Below are positions 57,118 through 64,000 of a DNA stretch of 64,000 nt, piece by piece. The stretch's first letter is position 1. Each line of letters starts with the position of its first letter. The DNA is from Chrysomallon squamiferum (Eukaryota; Animalia; Mollusca): assembly GCA_012295275.1 (NCBI GenBank), contig CM022671.1, positions 1,922,001 through 1,986,000 of the forward strand, in the 5' to 3' direction. The position numbers were made by a program, and so were the translations under genes. The notes below the pieces were generated by a model that worked only from the letters and a program-made list of their open reading frames with translations, was not told the origin of the DNA and did not search any database.

Positions 57118-57356
57118 TCAAAACCTGCACGGGATCCATTTTTCTCTTTTGTTCCTTCCTTCCTTTCTGATCAACCAAATTGTTTGATCTCCAGAAAACT
57201 TTCCACAAAAAATATTTTGGATCTTCTCAAGACGCACACTTTTCACGTCCACAAAGAACACAAAACTGACCCCGAACAGGATCTCATCTGAACTGAACAC
57301 TTCCAAACCTGCACCATAATTATCACAATCCACATTTTGATTTCATCATCCACATC
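57118..57356 (-). other. Probable terminal exon of an unidentified minus-strand transcript (lncRNA or frameshifted CDS)
   Basis: tttattgtgcag acceptor at 57357-57358; complex sequence amid AT-rich DNA; 71-codon frame without an in-frame link to the acceptor; AATAAA near 56640. Confidence 0.4.
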
Positions 57357-58060
57357 CTGCACAATAAATATTTATATATATACATTTATTATTACATTAG
57401 AAGAGACTGAAAGTTTCTAACCTGTTTTTAGAGCAGAGACTCCACTTTCTTAATCTTCAATTCAAGATCTTTCAGGATCTTTGCTTTCTGTATTTATTTT
57501 TAGTTTGTAGATCATGCTGGAGCTGGGGGCTTTATTTTATTGCTGTTTAAAAACAATGTTCCTCATTCAGTATTTATCTCTGATTTGAAGGATCAATAAT
57601 CAGAGTGTAGATCGAAAAAATATATTAAATACGGCTGGAAAATATTGTGACTGATATTTGAAAAATCTATGAGTGCCCAAGCAGAATGATTATATTTCGT
57701 TCAGAGTAAGATTAGTGCAAATCTGGCATTTGATTATTATTATTGTTTCCTGTAATAATTCAGTGACAATTTCACTTTCAGTTATTCGAAGAAAAATAAT
57801 TTTAACAGTAGCAGTTCAATGCTAAAGCTGTTTTGTTAACTAAATTATTATTCTGTTTTTGTTGACAAGGGAAAAACAAGAATAGAATTATTGATATAAT
57901 TTTTATGCAAGAAAATGTTCTACATTTTGAACACTTATTACAGATCTCTCAGTGAAATAATGATCAGAACTGTTTGAATTTACATCTCGATACTGATTTT
58001 GTAAAGGAATACGGTTAGTTGTCTTTGTGTGTGTGTGTGTGTGTGTTTGATTTAAATTGA

Positions 58061-58104
<44 letters not shown>

Positions 58105-58488
58105 GTATATGTATAAATGTATGTATGTATATGTATGTAGATATATGTATATATATATAAAACATACTAATCACTCAATATTTTAAAAATTAAAATATTT
58201 TATTATTTTGGACACAAATGTTTAACAAACTTAGAACAGCAGTTCATTTAACAATTTTACGATTTTATAATATTAATATTTTCTTCAGATTCATATTTCT
58301 TTAAATTTTCACTATGAGTTTTACTAGGAAAGACTAAGGTGTGTGGTAAAAGTAAAACACAAAATAATTTATATGATTACTGATTTTTATAAGTACTCAA
58401 GTAGTAAATATCAAGTGCAGATAACATACAGGTAGAGTATAGTGTCGGATTATATATATATATATATATATACATATACACCTATAAA

Positions 58489-58527
<39 letters not shown>

Positions 58528-59978
58528 CATAGGGCATATCGAAATTTCAGTTTAAGACAAATAATATATTTATATATTAGCTTTTTTCACTTGCTGTCAA
58601 TTTTCTTACAATCAAAATTTAATGCTTTATTTACTACAAAACGAAAAAAAAAAAATGGAGAAAAAAAAAAAAAAGAAAAAAAAAAAAAAAAGAATAATAG
58701 AAAAACAATTTTAAAAAGTTATTATTTTATTTTAAATAAAGAAATTGACAGCTACTTAGTTATTTTATAAAAACAATTGAATTATAACATTAAGCAAAAT
58801 AAAATTACTTACAAATATTAGAAATATCAGATAAACTGGGAATTATGTCAATAATAACAATAACAATAATAATAATATTAATAATAATAATAATAATAAA
58901 ATAATACTAAGTTATATTGCTACTACAACAAATAACAGCAATAAAATGTGGGAAAGACGACAATAAAAATATTCAAATATGAAATCCTTCGTTCAAAATT
59001 CCTATAATATATATTTTTTTATTATCTTAGAAATGAGTATGAACCATAAGTCACATCAAATAAGAATTATGTACGTAACATAGAAAATGTTAGTAATTCT
59101 TCGAAAGTAAATGTTAAAAAACCTAAATTTCGAAATAATGAAATATTTACGTTTATATTAAACAAGTAACTGACTGGATTAGAAGAATAAACTTAGAGAA
59201 TGTTAAATTGTCATTATATATAAAATATAAACTGCTATGTTATATCCAAATGTAATTTATTAGAAACTGCAAAATCTATTTCTTTTTAAAACTATTATAA
59301 GCAATACTAGCCCCATTACTTAAGACAGATAAATATGTTTATATTGCAGATTTTAAATTTTGAGAATTATGTAATATTTCACTTTAAATAATTAGCAGTT
59401 TAAAAATGCCAAATAAATTAAGAGAAATCTCTGGTATAGAAAATGAGTAGAAATTATTAATATCTGAGATCATTCCGCTTTATCAAAATTACAAAAATGT
59501 ACACCGTTACTTATTAAAATGTTGACTTTAGTTAGTTTTTACAAACAATGTAAAGAAAAAAGGGGGAAAATACAGTAATGAAATATTTGTCATTAATAAG
59601 CTGTATATCTTCACTTGCACAAAACTGAGTAACTGTTTACATATAAATTATTTCCATAATAAAATATTTTGTGAAAGTAACAAAACATATGAAAGCATTT
59701 TTCTTAGTTTTAGGAATGTTCTGAAAATGCATTAAAACTGATCTGGAATCCTTAGGCTACATAATAAAGGTGATCGTTTACTAAGATTACCAAAGTTTAA
59801 GATTATTTTAATAAGGCATAAAAGCTAACCAGCCACAGATGGATCATTTTGTGTAAGACATTTTGTTCATAATAATTACAAAATCAGAGTAACTTAAAGG
59901 AGCAGAAACTGCAACCTGTTTTAAAAAATACACTCAAAACATTGCACAAACCCAATACGACATTCTTCTGCAACGTAC

Positions 59979-60035
59979 CGTCTGTCACGAGAGAAAAAAA
60001 AAGCTTTGCGCATGCGCGTTCGTCGTCTCACGTGC
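59979..60035 (-). promoter_or_regulatory. Promoter-like cluster: E-box, NRF1-type GCGCATGCGC, pyrimidine-rich (TCT/5'TOP-like) start and 25-nt first exon
   Basis: Minus strand reads cacgtg...cgcgcatgcgcaaagCTTTTTTTTTCTCTCGTGACAGACG|gtacgt. Confidence 0.5.
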
Positions 60036-61388
60036 TTTTCAAATATCGAAGGAATCTTGGCTAGTGAAACTAATTAGCAGACACGGACAGCTCAGTGAGG
60101 AGTTCTGAACAATGTCTGGCACACGAGACGCAACATGCTTTCAGTTATTTTCGGCAGATCACAGAGGGACTCGCTAACCGCGGTAATCACCGCTTACAGC
60201 AAACAATTCGCGTAGAAAGTCTCTGTGACACGTCTGAGGTTAGACAAGGACATTTTTGGCTCCCCTACTCAACCCGGTTTTTTTTATTTTGTTTCTTTGC
60301 TTTCTTTATACTTTTCTTATCTGCGTAAACGACAAAATAAAGTTCCGATAATTACGTTTGTTTAAAAGAATGCTGTTCATGTCATGTTAAAATCAAGAGT
60401 TTTTATGCAGTTTAATGGATTCATCACATTTCTGGAGGATGAGTTGAAATGCAAGTACTACACGGAGGGAAAGCTGTGTTAATATTACAAGCAAAGCAGT
60501 CTTTATCGTGAACTGTTCACTTCATCTCGCTGAAAATGTAATTGTAGTTCTTTGTACAAGTGTATTTTTGCCGTAACAGTTTCAGATGTGGGAATATTCG
60601 CTAAGGAAGACTGTGAATAAAACTGTAGCAATCTTTCACTTTCGTGAAAACATATTTCCCCTGCAGCTCCAGCAGATATGAATTTTAATATTTTTCCTCT
60701 TTTATTGTGCAACAAATTCTTCTTCTTTCTGGTCCCGAAAAAACATCCTTGCATTCCATATTCAGTAGCACTAAGTTTCCTCCATTTATAATTCTGAAAA
60801 ATAAAAGACAAGTTTAAAACATAATAATCGTCTGAAAACTGCTACATGGTTGTCATCAAACACTTTAATTTGAATACAGATGACATAACAAAACAAAAGC
60901 AAATGAAATAATAGGATGCTCATCATCATACCCTTCATAATCATCATTATCATCGTCGTTACCATCATCATTATCATCAAGATAATCATCTTCTCCTTTT
61001 TCATTATTAGGTTTTCTATTTTTAATTATCTTTGTTAGGAATGTGTAAGGCATACGTAAAGTATTTCCTCATATACATTTTTGTCATCTAATTATTTTAT
61101 CTCGGCCATTCCTGAAAATCCGGCATCTTTATGAACCATTAAACAGCAGGTAATCTGTTAGCAATATACTAAAGGTATTTCCGTGCTCCAGTTGCAAAAT
61201 TGATTTATCTGATCTAAATTCTTGTCTTATAGAATAGGAGAGATGAAAGCGCCCTGCGTTTTGGTTGATATATTTCACTCAGAGGAAAAGAGGAACACGA
61301 AGACAGAACCAATTAATTTCTGACCTGTAGTCTGAGAATAAAGAGCAGCAGGAATAGTTTATCAACACAGCCCGGAGCCATCTTTCCA

Positions 61389-61495
61389 TTATTTCCCGTT
61401 CCAAAATTAGTGACTTGTAAAGGCTAGTGAAAAGCTGTGGAATATGCTTTCCTGTCTATGAGACGGTGTACGGAAAAGCTCCTTTTGTTGCTAAA
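61389..61495 (+). mobile_element. Decayed SINE core (Meta/MESC-like)
   Basis: tatttcccgttcca...gctgtggaatatgctttcctgtctatgagacggtgtacggaaaagctccttttgttgct. Confidence 0.55.
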
Positions 61496-62372
61496 CTGGT
61501 AACAACAGTACATGGACTGATTGCAGGGAACTTCGATTCTATTATCAGTGTACATTCTCAGAATGATCAAAACCTAATAACCGTTAATATTAAAATACAC
61601 AGAAACAAATATTCAATCATTCCTTCTGCGGAAAGGTTTCTTTTACCCCTTGTCTTAAAGATGAATAATTACACTATACAATGGAAACTTATTAAGCGAT
61701 CGCTTGTAATCTGAGTTTGGAGGAAAGCCAAACTTATTCGGTTTTTCTTTCTTTTTTTCTTCAATAATTTAAAGATTAATGCCTATATTTTGATTATTTG
61801 ACTCTTTATTGACGTATCTCCTTTAAGATGTTTTTATATTTATTAAACCTGTTTAAACATTTTCTCAAATGATCGATACAGAAAAAAGAGATCATGTTTC
61901 ATGTTTCAATGTTACGTGATAAAAAAGAAGGCAATTATGATGTTAAGTTTTTTGTGCGTTGTCATGTTTAAAACTAAAACTTCTTAACTTTCATTGAGTT
62001 AAAAAGTTTAAAATAAAAGAAGACTGTTATTTCACTTAGTAAAGAGCATTAACCTGGTAATTACTTTTGGCATTAATTGATCGGAATGGTATTCAGGAAT
62101 GTCTCTTACAGCTAGGAGAGCAGACTTGATTACAATCGAAACAACATGACCACCTGTCGCTCTCAGTATCAAACAGTCACCTTAATTAGCAGTCTCTTGT
62201 TTTATATTTCTTTCTTTATTGTTTCTTTCTAATTTGTTTCTGTTAAATTTCCTTTTCTTCTCCAGCTTTATTTTCAATCTTTTTTTCTTCTTTTCTTTCT
62301 AATATCGTATTTTATTTTTCTAATTTTCTTATCTTTTCTAATGTGTATTATCTGTCTCTCTACCTTATTCAC

Positions 62373-62485
<113 letters not shown>

Positions 62486-62545
62486 CTGTCTCTCTTTCTC
62501 GTTCAAAAGGTGACTGACCGAAAACTTAAACAGATTTTCGCCTAC

Positions 62546-62685
62546 CTATTTCTTCTTCGCTTTCTAAGTGTCGATAGATATTGGTGCACCAAAATAAACA
62601 CTGGCTGTGCAGCACCGAATACAAGCATATTATTTCAGCGCACTCGCAGCAGTGGTATGTAGGATCAAACACTTCAACAAACTCA
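62546..62685 (-). CDS. Possible orphan Cys-rich coding exon (EFVEVFDPTYHCCECAEIICLYSVLHSQCLFWCTNIYRHLESEEEI)
   Basis: ctacag acceptor, gtaggc donor, only one open frame; no partner exons confirmed. Confidence 0.3.
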
Positions 62686-64000
62686 CTGTAGACATATGGC
62701 GTTAACTTCGTTTTATAACGGTATTTAACTAACTGATATAACACCAGAGTGATAAAACAGACGCATTCATGTTAAGCAAGACAAAACAATAACCATAATG
62801 AAATTCCCATAAGTATTTATATATATTTTTTTAACGTTTTTTTATCTCTGAATCTGAGAGATAAAATAATTGGAAGTTTTTCTCCACTCAGTATAAACAT
62901 TTTTATTTTACTTTTTATTTTCTTTCATTATTTATTTTAAAATTAAAAGAAAAATAAATCGTTTTCCTTTATACAAAATACACATTACACAAAAACAAAT
63001 ATGTAAATAATAATTATTTATGTTTTCTTTTCCTAAACTGAATAATTTATGTTTTAGTTCCTGTTGCTTTTGTTTATTAATGCGTGGGTGTGGCAAAGAG
63101 TAAACAGCTTTTGTCTGTGAGTCACTGAGATAAACATCAAACACAGAGCGGTGTTGATGGAACAAAAATGATTGATTATTATCCACTGACATTTTTTGTC
63201 AGCTACGTAATGTTATGATGATATTTTTCATCTACGTTTTGGTGTACTAAAATATATATTATTTACTTTTTAAAAAGCATATACACCTGTGGATGTACAT
63301 ACATACATACATACATACATACATAACAGCAAACATATATATTCCCAATTCATGGATAGATACATCCACATACATATACATACATAAATACACACACACA
63401 TCCACACACACAAACACATAAATACATAAATACGTACATACATACAAACATGCACACATACATACACACCTAAATACAATTTTCTGTGACAGACACCTAG
63501 AAAATACAATCTCATTTTAATTCATACTGATACAGATAACAAACACAACCAACAAACACAACCACAGACACACACACGTCGACCTACAAAACATACTCCT
63601 GTCATGAAACATGTGCGTGCTGCATATCACACACATGTTTGTTCTAGAGAAAACGACTATTTTCAGAAGTGTGTGTGATCTGGTTAATAAACTAGTTTAT
63701 CAGACATGCATTGTTATTTTTAACTGACAGCAGGAATGGTGAAGCAAGTTTTGCGGAACGAAAATTACTCTTCAAGGAACCACTGTGTTGTGTTCGAGTC
63801 TTAACGAAACTGTTATTTGCTTATTTTCTCCTTTATTTTAGGAGTAAAAGAAGAAAGTCTATCAGGAAAGTAGGAGAGTCGTTGATGACAGCGTTTCTAT
63901 CCCTTTAATATTGTTCTTCCAGCTGTTTAACATTCGTTTAACAATATATATATAATAGTAAAAATATTCTAATTAAAAAGAACCACGATATATTTATATA

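Noticed and set aside
60421-60430. Box C-like TGATGA on the minus strand
   Set aside because: No box D (CTGA) or terminal stem at a suitable distance.

Overview
AT-rich, microsatellite-dense, intron-rich eukaryotic DNA, probably from a mollusc (inferred from decayed Meta/MESC-type SINE cores and repeat style). Most of the supplied ORFs are translations of simple repeats. Two spliced minus-strand genes can be built by hand. (1) The 5' half of a KIF12-like kinesin: six motor-domain exons at 4199-14917, continuing past the left window edge. Upstream lie three unrelated ATG-initiated exons (17767-17960, 27613-27929, 34953-35458), each ending in a phase-2 donor that fits the shared acceptor at 14917, suggesting interchangeable N-termini. 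(2) A complete 5-exon secreted group III phospholipase A2 homologue (38701-49883) that has lost the catalytic His/Asp and Ca2+-loop residues and is strongly basic, so probably a pseudoenzyme. Other signals: a minisatellite built from the kinesin's own splice acceptor (21 acceptor-like copies), apparent 1-nt homopolymer frameshifts, a candidate 5'TOP-type promoter/lncRNA near 60 kb, a Tc1-like transposase relic, RFX X-boxes and an orphan Cys-rich exon near 62.6 kb. All calls are by eye; no searches were run.
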